Shown piece after piece: positions 23,276 through 36,277 of a DNA stretch of 64,000 nt. The number at the start of each line of letters is the position of its first letter. The stretch's first letter is position 1. The position numbers and the translations under genes are program-made. The DNA is from Felis catus. Lineage: Eukaryota. The DNA is taken from the NCBI RefSeq assembly GCF_018350175.1, contig NC_058368.1, forward strand, positions 59,708,001-59,772,000. The letters are read 5' to 3'. The notes below the pieces were generated by a model. The model saw only the letters and a program-made list of their open reading frames with translations. It ran no database searches and had not been told where the DNA came from.

Positions 23276-26200
23276 ATGACTCTCAACCCGTATCTTTCTA
23301 TAATAACACTGAATGTAAATGGATTAAATGCACCAACCAAAAGACATAGGGTATCAGAATGGATAAAAAAACAAGACCCATCTATTTGCTGTCTACAAGA
23401 GACTCATTTTAGACCTGAGGACACCTTTAGATTGAGAGTGAGGGGATGGAGAACTATTTATCATGCGACTGGAAGCCAAAAGAAAGCTGGAGTAGCCATA
23501 CTTATATCAGACAAACTAGACTTTAAATTAAAGGCTGTAACAAGAGATGAAGAAGGACATTATATAATAGTTACAGGGTCTATCCATCAGGAAGAGCTAA
23601 CAATTATAAATGTCTATGCGCCGAATACCGGAGCCCCCAAATATATAAAACAATTACTCATAAACATAAGCAACCTTATTGATAAGAATGTGGTAATTGC
23701 AGGGGACTTTAACACCCCACTTACAGAAATGGACAGATCATCTAGACACACGGTCAATAAAGAAACAAGGGCCCTGAATGAGACATTGGATCAGATGGAC
23801 TTGACAGATATATTTAGAACGCTGCATCCCAAAGCAACAGAATATACTTTCTTCTCGAGTGCACATGGAACATTCTCCAAGATAGATCATATACTGGGTC
23901 ACAAAACAGCCCTTCATAAGTTTACAAGAATTGAAATTATACCATGCATACTTTCAGACCACAATGCTATGAAGCTTGAAATCAACCACAGAAAAAAGTC
24001 TGGAAAACCTCCGAAGGCATGGAGGTTAAAGAACACCCTACTAACGAATGAGTGGGTCAACCAGGCAATTAGAGAAGAAATTAAAAAATATATGGAAACA
24101 AACGAAAATGAAAATACAACAATCCAAACGCTTTGGGACGCAGCGAAGGCAGTCCTGAGAGGAAAATACATTGCAATCCAGGCCTATCTCAAGAAACAAG
24201 AAAAATCCCAAATACAAAATCTAACAGCACACCTAAAGGAACTAGAAGCAGAACAGCAAAGGCAGCCTAAACCCAGCAGAAGAAGAGAAATACTAAAGAT
24301 CAGAGCAGAAATAAACAATATAGAATCTAAAAAAAGTGTAGAGCAGATCAACGAAACCAAGAGTTGGTTTTTTGAAAAAATAAACAAAATTGACAAACCT
24401 CTAGCCAGGCTTCTCAAAAAGAAAAGGGAAATGACCCAAATAGATAAAATCATGAATGAAAATGGAATGATTACAACCAATCCCTCAGAGATACAAACAA
24501 TTATCAGGGAATACTATGAAAAATTATATGCCAACAATTTGGACAACCTGGAAGAAATGGACAAATTCCTGAACACCCACACTCTTCCAAAACTCAATCA
24601 GGAAGAAATAGAAAGCTTGAACAGACCCATAACCAGCGAAGAAATTGAATCGGTTATCAAAAATCTCCCAACAAATAAGAGTCCAGGACCAGATGGCTTC
24701 CCAGGGGAGTTCTACCAGACGTTTAAAGCAGAGATAATACGTATCCTTCTCAAGCTATTCCAAGAAATAGAAAGGGAAGGAAAACTTCCAGACTCATTCT
24801 ATGAAGCCAGTATTACTTTGATTCCTAAACCAGACAGAGACCCAGTAAAAAAAGAGAACTACAGGCCAATATCCCTGATGAATATTGATGCAAAAATTCT
24901 CAATAAGATACTAGCAAATCGAATTCAACGGCATATAAAAAGAATCATTCACCATGATCAAGTGGGATTCATTCCTGGGATGCAGGGCTGGTTCAACATT
25001 CGCAAATCAATCAATGTGATACATCACATTAACAAAAAAAAAGAGAAGAACCATATGATCCTGTCAATCGATGCAGAAAAGGCCTTTGACAAAATCCAGC
25101 ACCCTTTCTTAATAAAAACCCTTGAGAAAGTCGGGATAGAAGGAACATACTTAAAGATCATAAAAGCCATTTATGAAAAGCCCACAGCTAACATCATCCT
25201 CAACGGGGAAAAACTGAGAGCTTTTTCCCTGAGATCAGGAACACGACAAGGATGCCCACTCTCACCGCTGCTGTTTAACATAGTGCTGGAAGTTCTAGCA
25301 TCAGCAATCAGACAACAAAAGGAAATCAAAGGCATCAAAATTGGCAAAGACGAAGTCAAGCTTTCGCTTTTTGCAGATGACATGATATTATACATGGAAA
25401 ATCCGATAGACTCCACCAAAAGTCTACTAGAACTGATACATGAATTCAGCAAAGTTGCAGGATACAAAATCAATGTACAGAAATCAGTTGCATTCTTATA
25501 CACTAACAATGAAGCAACAGAAAGACAAATAAAGAAACTGATCCCATTCACAATTGCACCAAGAAGCATAAAATACCTAGGAATAAATCTAACCAAAGAT
25601 GTAAAGGATCTGTATGCTGAAAACTATAGAAAGCTTATGAAGGAAATTGAAGAAGATTTAAAGAAATGGAAAGACATTCCCTGCTCATGGATTGGAAGAA
25701 TAAATATTGTCAAAATGTCAATACTACCCAAAGCTATCTACAAATTCAATGCAATCCCAATCAAAATTGCACCAGCATTCTTCTCGAAACTAGAACAAGC
25801 AATCCTAAAATTCATATGGAACCACAAAAGGCCCCGAATAGCCAAAGGAATTTTGAAGAAGACCAAAGCAGGAGGCATCACAATCCCAGACTTTAGCCTC
25901 TACTACAAAGCTGTCATCATCAAGACAGCATGGTATTGGCACAGAAACAGACACATAGACCAATGGAATAGAATAGAAAGCCCAGAACTAGACCCACAAA
26001 CGTATGGCCAACTCATCTTTGACAAAGCAGGAAAGAACATCCAATGGAAAAAAGACAGCCTCTTTAACAAATGGTGCTGGGAGAACTGGACAGCAACATG
26101 CAGAAGGTTGAAACTAGACCACTTTCTCACACCATTCACAAAAATAAACTCCAAATGGATAAAGGACCTAAATGGGAGACAGGAAACCATCAAAACCTTA

Positions 26201-27097
26201 GAGGAGAAAGCAGGAAAAGACCTCTCTGACCTCAGCCGTAGCAATCTCTTACTCGACACATCCCCAAAGGCAAGGGAATTAAAAGCAAAAGTGAATTACT
26301 GGGACCTTATGAAGATAAAAAGCTTCTGCACAGCAAAGGAAACAACCAACAAAACTAAAAGGCAACCAACGGAATGGGAAAAGATATTCGCAAATGACAT
26401 ATCGGACAAAGGGCTAGTATCCAAAATCTATAAAGAGCTCACCAAACTCCACACCCGAAAAACAAATAACCCAGTGAAAAAATGGGCAGAAAACATGAAT
26501 AGACACTTCTCTAAAGAAGACATCCGGATGGCCAACAGGCACATGAAAAGATGTTCAGCGTCACTCCTTATCAGGGAAATACAAATCAAAACCACACTCA
26601 GGTATCACCTCACGCCAGTCAGAGTGGCCAAAATGAACAAATCAGGAGACTCTAGATGCTGGAGAGGATGTGGAGAAACGGGAACCCTCTTGCACTGTTG
26701 GTGGGAATGCAAATTGGTGCAGCTGCTCTGGAAAGCAGTGTGGAGGTTCCTCAGAAAATTAAAAATAGACCTACCCTATGACCCAGCAATAGCACTGCTA
26801 GGAATTTATCCAAGGGATACAGGAGTACTGATGCATAGGGCCACTTGTACCCCAATGTTCATAGCAGCACTCTCAACAATAGCCAAATTATGGAAAGAGC
26901 CTAAATGTCCATCAACTGGTGAATGGATAAAGAAATTGTGGTTTATATACACAATGGAATATTACGTGGCAATGAGAAAAAATGAAATATGGCCTTTTGT
27001 AGCAACGTGGATGGAACTGGAGAGTGTGATGCTAAGTGAAATAAGCCATACAGAGAAAGACAGATACCATATGGTTTCACTCTTATGTGGACCCTGA
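23276..27097 (+). CDS. L1 ORF2p (APE-type endonuclease, reverse transcriptase, C-terminal CCHC), 1273 aa from ATG MTLNPY
   Basis: Uninterrupted frame. EN motifs [26 protein letters not shown] and SDHN. PIP-box-like [10 protein letters not shown] motifs [25 protein letters not shown] and KYLGI. Zinc knuckle [18 protein letters not shown] (CX3CX7HX4C). Confidence 0.98.
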   Translation: MTLNPYLSIITLNVNGLNAPTKRHRVSEWIKKQDPSICCLQETHFRPEDTFRLRVRGWRTIYHATGSQKKAGVAILISDKLDFKLKAVTRDEEGHYIIVTGSIHQEELTIINVYAPNTGAPKYIKQLLINISNLIDKNVVIAGDFNTPLTEMDRSSRHTVNKETRALNETLDQMDLTDIFRTLHPKATEYTFFSSAHGTFSKIDHILGHKTALHKFTRIEIIPCILSDHNAMKLEINHRKKSGKPPKAWRLKNTLLTNEWVNQAIREEIKKYMETNENENTTIQTLWDAAKAVLRGKYIAIQAYLKKQEKSQIQNLTAHLKELEAEQQRQPKPSRRREILKIRAEINNIESKKSVEQINETKSWFFEKINKIDKPLARLLKKKREMTQIDKIMNENGMITTNPSEIQTIIREYYEKLYANNLDNLEEMDKFLNTHTLPKLNQEEIESLNRPITSEEIESVIKNLPTNKSPGPDGFPGEFYQTFKAEIIRILLKLFQEIEREGKLPDSFYEASITLIPKPDRDPVKKENYRPISLMNIDAKILNKILANRIQRHIKRIIHHDQVGFIPGMQGWFNIRKSINVIHHINKKKEKNHMILSIDAEKAFDKIQHPFLIKTLEKVGIEGTYLKIIKAIYEKPTANIILNGEKLRAFSLRSGTRQGCPLSPLLFNIVLEVLASAIRQQKEIKGIKIGKDEVKLSLFADDMILYMENPIDSTKSLLELIHEFSKVAGYKINVQKSVAFLYTNNEATERQIKKLIPFTIAPRSIKYLGINLTKDVKDLYAENYRKLMKEIEEDLKKWKDIPCSWIGRINIVKMSILPKAIYKFNAIPIKIAPAFFSKLEQAILKFIWNHKRPRIAKGILKKTKAGGITIPDFSLYYKAVIIKTAWYWHRNRHIDQWNRIESPELDPQTYGQLIFDKAGKNIQWKKDSLFNKWCWENWTATCRRLKLDHFLTPFTKINSKWIKDLNGRQETIKTLEEKAGKDLSDLSRSNLLLDTSPKARELKAKVNYWDLMKIKSFCTAKETTNKTKRQPTEWEKIFANDISDKGLVSKIYKELTKLHTRKTNNPVKKWAENMNRHFSKEDIRMANRHMKRCSASLLIREIQIKTTLRYHLTPVRVAKMNKSGDSRCWRGCGETGTLLHCWWECKLVQLLWKAVWRFLRKLKIDLPYDPAIALLGIYPRDTGVLMHRATCTPMFIAALSTIAKLWKEPKCPSTGEWIKKLWFIYTMEYYVAMRKNEIWPFVATWMELESVMLSEISHTEKDRYHMVSLLCGP

Positions 27098-27302
27098 GAA
27101 ATTAACAGGAACCCATGGGGGAGGGGAAGGAAAAAAAAAAAACAGGTTAGAGTGGGAGAGAGCCAAAGCATAAGAGACTCTTAAAAACTGAGAACAAACT
27201 GAGGGTTGATGGGGGGTGGGAGGGAGGAGAGGGTGGGTGATGGGTATTGAGGAGGGCACCTTTTGGGATGAGCACTGGGTGTTGTATGGAAACTAATTTG
27301 TC

Positions 27303-27308
27303 AATAAA
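27303..27308 (+). terminator. L1 polyadenylation signal AATAAA
   Basis: AATAAA ends 8 nt before the A tail, which is followed by the right TSD. Confidence 0.85.
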
Positions 27309-30169
27309 TTTCATATAAAAAAAAAAAGAAGGGTAAAAACACTATAAGGCTTATCTATTTAGAATGAATCTAAATATTAACCAAAGATCTTTTTCTTTAC
27401 AATGCTTTTAATCACCTTCAGCCAAGACTTTTACGGAAATATGTGTTCTTTTAAAATTATTGTTTCATACTTGAAAATATCCATTTTAAAGATTTTAAGG
27501 AAGTTATTTATTTAAATCTCTAATATTTCAAAAATATCTATTGGTATATCATTTCATTCTATTTTTCAACCATTGAAAGACTCTTTAATGACCATCAAAT
27601 ATTTCCATGGGTATTTATCTTTTATTTATAGGAATGTTTAAAGCATCTTTTATCAAAGCAGGGGACACACATGTGGTTCAGTGCATTTTTTAATTGCTCT
27701 ATTTCTTTAAGAGAGGTTTTTGGCATTTACAATAATTATCTTCCTTTCCTCTGTGGGGTTTCTATTATTCTCTGAGTCCTGGCACTGTCCAACTGCCTTG
27801 ATAATTATTGCTGCTAAATACTGTGATTATGTTTCTTGATTTAAGAGAGGATTTTTTATCACAACAAAATATCTAAATTAAAACTGAAAGGAAATTACCA
27901 TCTCATTGTCTCCACTTATACTCTAAGTATCTATCTATCTATGTAATATCTAGGTATAGATAATTTCATATTTTGGAAGTAACTTAAAAAATAAAATGTT
28001 TCATTATCCAAGAGTATTTGATCTTATTTCTAGGCATAGTGGACTCTGCATTAAAACAGTTTTAAAGTAATTATATACTTTGGTCAATTTGGTGTCAGTT
28101 TGATTAAATCAACTAAGAATTGAAGAGTGAATACATAATGGTAGAGTGAGTAGCTCTTTACTTATGAAATTTATAGAAAAGAAATTCTGACCTAAGTACT
28201 GGATCAGAAAATGTTAATAGGATACTATTCCTTCATCTAGGATATAATTGTAGGAGTTCATGTTTTCTAATTATATTGGTTAGAAGAAATGCTCATGTTG
28301 ATCACTTTCTAATTTAACCATCTCAGTAGAAAACATTAGTATTTCCAAACTCATAAGAATCTGATGGCTTGAATTTCTGTCTTGTTCACATTATAATTTT
28401 ATTATTTGCACTATGACATTCAATAGTCCAATGTTTACTAACCTGACTAGAATCTCAGAGTTAGATGCAGGCTCCTGACTCCTCAATAGTCTGTTTTCCA
28501 GAAGTCTACATTCAAACATATTTTTTAATTAGATGATTAAATAATATTAATAGAGAATACATATGTATGACACAATGCCAAGAAATGAGAAGGATGTGAT
28601 GCAAAAAATAAGTTTTCTTCACAGCCCTGTCACTATGATGTAATTACTTGCTGTTGAAACATCCAGTTATGAGTTTTTTCTCCCCTTTTTGCAGAGATAC
28701 TCTACATAAATAGCTAGATAGAAATTCTCTCTTTCTCCATATATATGTTAGCATACATGCAGGTATATATTTAATAAATAAATGTGCATGCATTTTACAC
28801 AGAAGATACCCTATATATATTCTCTTCCACACTTCCTTAAATTAAAAATCTGTCATGAAATTACTGTTGTATTAGTACCTGTAGCACTAAGGCTGTATTT
28901 AGAAATCAATGGGTTCCACCGACCTTAACCTAGATGTTTGCTAAATGATTACATGCCCTATTTGTATACTTTACACTCTGTTCAGATGATCAATGGATCC
29001 CTTTCCAGTGTAGGTATTCTACATATAATGATAGAAATCACAATTGCATCTATTATCAGAATTATAAATTCAGCATTCCTGAATCTCTTTATAAGTTTGT
29101 AACTTGGAGAACTGACACAAATTATCTTAAGCTTGCTCTTTGATTTTTGCAATGAATAATGTAAGACACAATAGCAATAACTGAATAGATTATAAATAAC
29201 TTATTCCTTGTCTTCTGTAGCCCTTTAGAAACCTGACCTACATGACAACAAAGATTTTCAGAAATGCTTTTGCTTCTTTGTGTGTAATCACAATCTAAAA
29301 ATCTACTTTAGATTTTTGGCACACTGTTTTCCTACTAGAAACTGAATATGATGCATGTTTATCTCCCTCGTATTATAACGTAACATCTATACATCTGAAT
29401 CCTGATCTTGGTGTATCTTTTATTGAGTAAACTATTGCAATACACCACTCCTGTCAGGCATTGAATAATGGTCTGGAAAACCTGGCTTGGTTAAATACTC
29501 ATATCCTACATTTCCATTATATCGAACTTTTAAAAAAACAAACAATATTTTATAACCTACATTTCTGTCATTTTTCAATGTAAAATATCAGTTGCTATAA
29601 ACGCACTGTTTTTCTTATAATTTCAGTTGTTTCAGGAAGAGAGAAAGTGAATCGAGTTGCGTTTTGGCAGATTCTACTTAAAGCTTGAACAAAATCAAGG
29701 CATGTATGGGATAAATGTAACATATGATCTTCAATTATATAAACTTTTTCAAAAAGTTACTGCCTCTAACCTCTTCTTTTGACTGAAATATAGTCATCAG
29801 GCAAACAAAAATCCCTTTGTAGCTTCTTGAATGAAATTTGCTCACCTGTTCTTCTATATATTTTGCAAGATCTGTTGGAGACTGGTGTGAACTTTTTTTT
29901 AGGACATTCTGGTGGCCTCGGGTAAAACACCCAACTGCATTAAATCCCAGTACCTTGATATACCATTCACTACAGTCCTCTTCCTAATAGGTCCCTCTGT
30001 TATATCTGTCTGGGCATTTGACACCTAAATCACAGCTGGGTTTGCATTCCAAACATCTAGTAATAGGATACTCAAGTAACCCTCCAGAACTGGCTCATCA
30101 ACTTGCTTATTATCAGTAATTTCCACTTATACTTTACTTCAGTAATTCAATGGTAGGTCCATTCTGAAT

Positions 30170-30270
30170 TGGCGGTCTTTGAATCTCGCCACCACTATCT
30201 GCCCTCTGTGCAAATTACTTAAGCACAATGTAAATCAGTTCCCTTACCTTTAATGCTGAGGATGATCAAA
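30170..30270 (+). mobile_element. MIR fragment
   Basis: TTTGAATCTCGCCACCACTA..GCAAATTACTTAA..TCAGTTCCCTTACCTTTAA (degenerate MIR core). Confidence 0.5.
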
Positions 30271-33200
30271 TTATAATAGCACTGAGTTCATGTTCATGCA
30301 GTCAACTTCTATCCAATCATTTCATGGAAATAATTCCCAAGATTTTATTCTTTGTTCTTTTGCCGACTGAGTCTGTTTAAATTAAATGGCTTCACATTTC
30401 AAAGAATAAGATATGAAGTTGTTGATTTGGGAATATGAAACAATTCTTAGTCGGCCTTCTGCTTTCCTTTATGAATTCTTACTAGACCACACTCCTGTGT
30501 TCACCTTACATTACAGCCACACTAAGCATTTTTCAAAGCTTTTCCACATCTCTAGTCAGTGTGCCCTAGAATGCTCACTTTCTTTCTGAAAATCCTCAAA
30601 TCATTCTTCATATACCAGCTGAAGCATATTATGAGCAAAACTTCTACAGATTCACTTCAGTAAATTTGAGAATTTCCCCACTATTCATCCACATTTATTG
30701 TTTCTGTTTTTAATATTTAAAATATTTTCCATTAAACCTGTTATTCACATACAACATAATAAAGAAAACTAGAGAATTTATAAGTGTGCAGACTGTTGAA
30801 TCATCATACTTATGTAACGACCAAACAGGCCAAGAAGTAGACAAATACCAAGGCATATTAAATATCCATTTCCCTGCTATAACCTCAAGTCTGTGAGTAT
30901 AACAGCTTATCTGAAGTGAAACAGTTTATCCCTTTAAAACTATATAGTTTAGTTTCTTCATACTTCTAAAATTTGAAGCTAAGTTACGATTCCTACCCAT
31001 TCATTTTTCAAATTGCTGTTACCTCTACCAGGAACTTCCCTGAATATTTCTCCCAAATTCTTTTTCATGTTTTAGAAGGATACATTACAAGTAATCCAGA
31101 AAAAAATTATATTGTTGTACTTGGCTTAGTCAACTTGATTTGTATATGTAATATTACCTATAATTAACTTTAAGACACTTTTGGCGTAGCAGGAGTACTT
31201 TGTTGGGTTTCGAAAGACTGAGGGATTTTTTCCCTTGGAAATGACAGCCTAGATACTGACAAAACACATCCCAACTACAAATATGAAAGAAAATGTTGTT
31301 GTGTAATTAAACTAGAAGGCGAATTGAATACCATTACTGTATTTATTTAAAGTCTTATTAGAGTGGCTAAAAGGCCAGAGAGCTGATGGCTTCTTCAAGC
31401 TTACCAATTGGTTCTATAACTATTTTCTTTATTGGTTGCTAATAAATGTTTGCAGGTGTGACAGAATTCAGTCTGAAATTCACTTTCCTTATATCATACT
31501 GTCTGATAGCATGCTTGCAGGAAGTAGCCTTATAATAAGATTTTTACAATATCCATTGAAAGTGAACAACCCTTACTTAGGTCAATTCACAGCAGCACAT
31601 GAAACCAATCTTTGTTTTATAATATATATTGGACAGATGTATCCCTCCTCTCCCCTCCTGCCCTGATTTGTCCTTACTAGTAGGAAGTTTATTTTTCTTA
31701 AAGACCTCTAATTGACCAAAATTCCAGGGCTTTTTTTATATCCAACTAAGGTCCCAAGTATTAGGCAGAAAACGTGGGGTTTCACCAGTCTGTCACAGCT
31801 CCTGCTTCTCAGTGACTTGAGTTGGCTGCTGGTAAACCAGACCTGCCTCTTGTAATGGACATTCGTTCCCTGCTAATGTGATCTTCTGCTTGTTTCAAAT
31901 CACTGGGCACTGGGGGCAATGTGAGCACAGCAGCCCTTACACATTTAACCAATCATCCTTATATTTCCCCCAAACACTATAGTCATCCTTAGCCATATGC
32001 TCAGGAATTTCAGTCTTTAGTATTGATCACAAGTCAATCACCATGAAGCTGGTATCTTTCATGGGGTGCGCCTCTTAGCTGTGTCTTTTCCTCCAAACCT
32101 TCCAGCCCATCAGAGGGTCCCGCAGATTTGAACAATGGAGTGGAAGGAGTGAGTGTCTAGCCTTCGGCTCCCAGAAGGCTACTTGCTCTGCAGTGGACTT
32201 TCCACTCCTACCCTTGTGATAGCTCTGCAGCCAGAAAACTTTGTAAGGAGCTCCCTTTGTGAGGACACAATAGGTCCTTCTACACCCTCACCCTGTCTAA
32301 ATGTGCCTTCTGGCATAACATTTGCATGGATAAAAAAGGAAAATCATATATCTTCTAGCAGAACAAAGAAGATGATATGCCCCAAGGTGACTTTCTGTCT
32401 CTAGATATAAAGGACAAAGGAGAGCCTGGCATAAAGTTTAATCTCCTGAAAGCAATAGGGCAGAATAGTTTGTGCCTATTCTTTTCCCACTTAAAATCAT
32501 CTTGCATGTTGAGTGATTTATTTTCCCTCAAATTAACTCTTTAAATACATAGATATAAATACTAAAATATGTTTTTTGAAATTATCTTTTTATCATAGAG
32601 ATTATCTAAATGATAATATTATTTATACTTTTAAGGTGAATTATATACATATCAAATTATATACATATATCAAAAATCAAGATTTTGAAGGAAAGAAAAT
32701 GACTCTACTAGGTAACACTTAAAAGAATATTGATTATATATTTTAGGTTTAAAATAGTTACAGGTATTCAGCTCTTCCGTTTGTGTCCCCATGCATGCAG
32801 ACACCCAAATATATCTTCATAAACAGATTATCTTAAACACTTATCATTTATACCGCCATTTGAACAGTTTAAACAGATTATAGAGAAGATGTGCCTGTGC
32901 ATTATTAATTTATCCACTTACATTGAAATGCCATATTCAGCAGTTTTTGTTATTGTGTTAATACTTGTGGAGGAAAAAAATTAGAGAGCCATGGCCTTAC
33001 ATATTTCAAAACTCTGAATATGCTTTTTGAGGTCTTCAAGCCTTGGTTTTGTTCTATAGATCAGTATTTTCATTCCTGAGTAATCTCTGCATTTTCCCTT
33101 ATCTAGTTCTATAGGCAGAGCCTGATCAATTCCAGGATTGTTTCTGGATATGCCTCTCAGTTTTCCAGCTGCAGCTTAGTTTTCAGCTATGTCCTAACTC

Positions 33201-33927
33201 CAGTTAACAATTGTTTCAAAAGATTATCTTTCCTGGAGGTAATGCCACTTTCCATCTTACCTCATAGACAGCAAGCTGCGTGGGTGCGCATTGTCCACAG
33301 AAAAATAGATATCTTGTTTCTGATTTTCTCATGGTTACAGAGTCTTCTCTATTGCCAATAACCAGATTCTTACAATGTGTCATTGCTGAATGCAGCAACA
33401 ACTGAAGTCAGAGTTTGCCCACAATTTCCTTAGTTTATCTTGCTATCCCAGGGTTCTTTCTGGTTCAGAATTCATGTCAAAATTTTCTCTCTACTGTTGT
33501 GAAACATTATTCAAGGGTATATTAACATATCAGGGTGGGCTTGCATTGTATTTCCAGTTTCTGCTGTGGTGCACGATGCATAACTGCAGAGTAGAGTTCT
33601 TATTTTAACACACGGCCAAACCTCAAAAAAAATACCATCAAGGAACCCTTTCTTCTTTTCCTGGATATATGCACACTCCCCATAACTAAAAACTCCCTTT
33701 CAGGGTCTGCAATCACTGATAACATGCAATGTTCTTAGACAGAAGTAGTTCCAAGCAGCTGATACCATCCAGCATGATAGTAGTATTGAACATGGTGGTC
33801 CTGAGGGTCACGTGTTGAACTGGCTAGAAACCAAGCTTCCAGTCTATGAGGTTGGGAAGAAACGTAGAAACTTAGAGGTAAGATGTAGGTACAATGTAAG
33901 GGTAAGTAAAATGTCTTTCTCCATTTC

Positions 33928-34453
33928 CAAGGAGCAAAAAGGTAGTTTTCCCTGACCAAGACTTACTTCATGTTCCCCTCAATCTGATCCAACTTTACAG
34001 ATAGGTTTCTTCCTAAATCTAGGCCCCTTACCTCATTTGTCTCTGAGCATTTACTTTAGGAAACTCACAATGTAATTCTTTCTCTACCCACTGAGATGCA
34101 AATCCCCTCCAGCCTCTGGCAAGTTTTATAACCCGGGACTGTCTTTCTCAAGGAACTGGAGTCATCCCTTTGAAATGTAATTTTAAGAAAGATAGAGCTC
34201 CTATCTCTCAGGCTCTCTGGGAGGGAGGAGCCTAACTTTGATAAATACAAATTAACAAGCATACTTGGTCTAATCCCATTGACCTACATCTCCAAAGTGT
34301 CATCCACTACTTTTTCACTAGCTGGACCCAGCACTTACAAGCTCTCCCACATTTTCTTTCAGCAAAGCTGAGTTCAACCCTTCCTTCTTATTACAGTAGT
34401 CTAGAGTAAAGTCTCCCTTTGTTAACTCAATCAGGTACAGTTTTTCTTTGGCA
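33928..34453 (+). mobile_element. ERV1-class solo LTR (MER34/MER39-like)
   Basis: GAGCATTTACTTTAG, CTTTGAAATGTAA and GGGAGGGAGGAGCCTAACTTTGATAA motifs; ends TTTTTCTTTGGCA. Confidence 0.65.
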
Positions 34454-34812
34454 TTCCCTTCCACTTTTTTTAAAAATGTTTCCTTGGAAACATATGAAAC
34501 TGAGTCCTTACTCTGACCAGTGGAATAGAGATCTCTCTGAGGACTGAGTTGTTTTCCAGGTTTTACAGTATAGGGATATCTCCCAAGTTTGCCAAACAAA
34601 TGACCTCTAGATATATAAAACTGCACCACTCAAATTAGGTCAGTGGTCTCTCAGGACATGTAAAGAAAATTGTTAGGAAGCATAGGTTTGGGTCTCTCAA
34701 GAAGATCAGAGAATTTATTTTTTCTTCTGCTGTGCTGTATGGCGTTTCTGAGATTTTATTCTAATTCTGTATCCCTTTTTGAGCTCCCTACACGCATGTT
34801 ATTAATTTTTAC

Positions 34813-35253
34813 GTAGGTACAAAGAATAATGGCTTCAAAAAGATGTCCCAGTCCTAATCCCCAAAACCAGTGAATGTGTTAAATAGTAATAGGGATTTTA
34901 CATATGTGAATAAATTAAGGATTTGAGATAGGATTACCCAGATGTGCCCATGCAATCACAAGAATCTTTGTAAGGGGAAGAAATGCAGAAGAGGCAGAGG
35001 CAGAAAAGGAGATACCTTGACAGCTGCAGAGGGTGGGGTAATGAAAGTCTAGGAGTCAAGGCATATGGACAGCCTCTAGAGCTGGAAAAAACAAAGAAAC
35101 AGCTTTTCCACTAGAGTCCACAAATTATGCAGCCGTGCAGACATCCTGATTTTAGGATTGCTGACATGCAGAACTATATGAGAATGCCTTTATATGGTTT
35201 AATCCACTAAGTATATAGTATCCTGTCACAGCAAAATAAGAAATGAATGTACA
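34813..35253 (+). mobile_element. MaLR LTR (MLT1C/D-like)
   Basis: GAATAATGGC..AAAGATGTCC..GTCCTAATCCC start, CAGCCTCTAGAGCTGGAAA, CAGAACT..GAGAAT and ACAGCAAAATAAGAAATGAATGTACA end. Confidence 0.8.
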
Positions 35254-35401
35254 CACTCAATAATAAATTGTGTTCTTTCTCTCTTCTTCATTGGTACAAA
35301 ATCTTTAGGTTGTCAGGGTTGTTTTATTTTCCTGACAGTATGGAAATAGAGGATGTATAATTGTATGATAAATGTAAAGAATCATCTGCAAGCTCCAGTG
35401 A

Positions 35402-35759
35402 TAGTTGTACTGAATGTTTGTCTACTCCAAATTCATATGTTGCAATTCTGACTCCCGAGATTATGACGTTAGTGGGTTAGAACTATGAGAGGTGATTAGT
35501 TCATGAGGATGGAATACTCATGAGCGGGATTACGGCCTTTATAAAAGATCCAGAGAACTCTCTCGTTCTTTTTAATGCCAGGTGAGAACACAGTGAGAAG
35601 AGCTTCTGTGAATCAGGAAGTGAGCCCTCACCAGACATTGAATCTGCTGGCACCTCGGCCTTGGAGTTGACAGCCCACAGGGCTATTAGGAATATATTTT
35701 TTTGTTTAAGCCACCCAATATATGATGCTTTGTTACAGGAGCCCAAACTGACTAAGACT
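35402..35759 (+). mobile_element. MaLR LTR (MLT1A-like)
   Basis: ACTGAATGTTTGT..CCAAATTCATATGTTG start, GAGCCCTCACCAGACATTGAATCTGCTGGCACCT, and GCCCAAACTGACTAAGAC end. Confidence 0.85.
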
Positions 35760-36194
35760 GGTGTTTCATCATTTCTTCCATAGTGCAACTCTAGAGTTAC
35801 TTGTCTTTAGTTGGTTAATTATACAATTTTAAATTTCTGTAGTAAGCTCATTGGGTAACAGTGAGTTAATAAAAGATAGTGCATTTTAAATGAAATATAT
35901 GTACCACATTTTCTTTTAAGACAGCTCATGATGAACAAAATATTTGTTGACATTAGCAATTGACCATGACAGAAAGAGGTAGTGGGTATATCACTGAAGT
36001 CATGAGACCAGACAACTCAAATCTGCTGCATAAACATCACCATCCACTTCATCAATGAGTACTATTGTAAAATGTGGTGAAAATATTGCATGTTCAACTG
36101 CAGAAGTAACATTTTCATATCACTCTGAAGATTCACTTTTTATTTAGGTCAAATGATTCTTTTTCTGAATTGATGTTGTTCATTTTTTAAACAG

Positions 36195-36239
36195 TTTTTT
36201 TTAAGTTTATTTAATTTGAGAGAAAGAATGTGAGGGAGG

Positions 36240-36277
<38 letters not shown>

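Larger units (their letters stand above)
21410..27327 (+). mobile_element. Full-length young felid LINE-1 (L1) retrotransposon with both ORFs open
   Basis: Perfect 15-bp TSD GAAGGGTAAAAACAC at 21395-21409 and 27328-27342, preceded by AATT (TT/GAAG, L1-endonuclease-like). GC/CpG-rich ~920-bp 5'UTR, ORF1, ORF2, G-rich 3'UTR, AATAAA at 27303-27308 and an 11-nt A tail at 27317-27327. Confidence 0.98.

Noticed and set aside
22529..27171. Several antisense ORFs of 69-150 aa inside the L1
   Set aside because: These are shadow frames of the A-rich L1 coding strand, giving F/S/L-rich peptides with no independent evidence.
27328..27500. 3' transduction carried by the full-length L1
   Set aside because: The A tail is followed directly by the TSD, with no extra sequence or second tail.
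29627..29709. Possible plus-strand exon after TTTTCTTATAATTTCAG / TTGTTTCAG
   Set aside because: The only nearby donor is weak (CAT|GTATGG) and there is no recognisable peptide.
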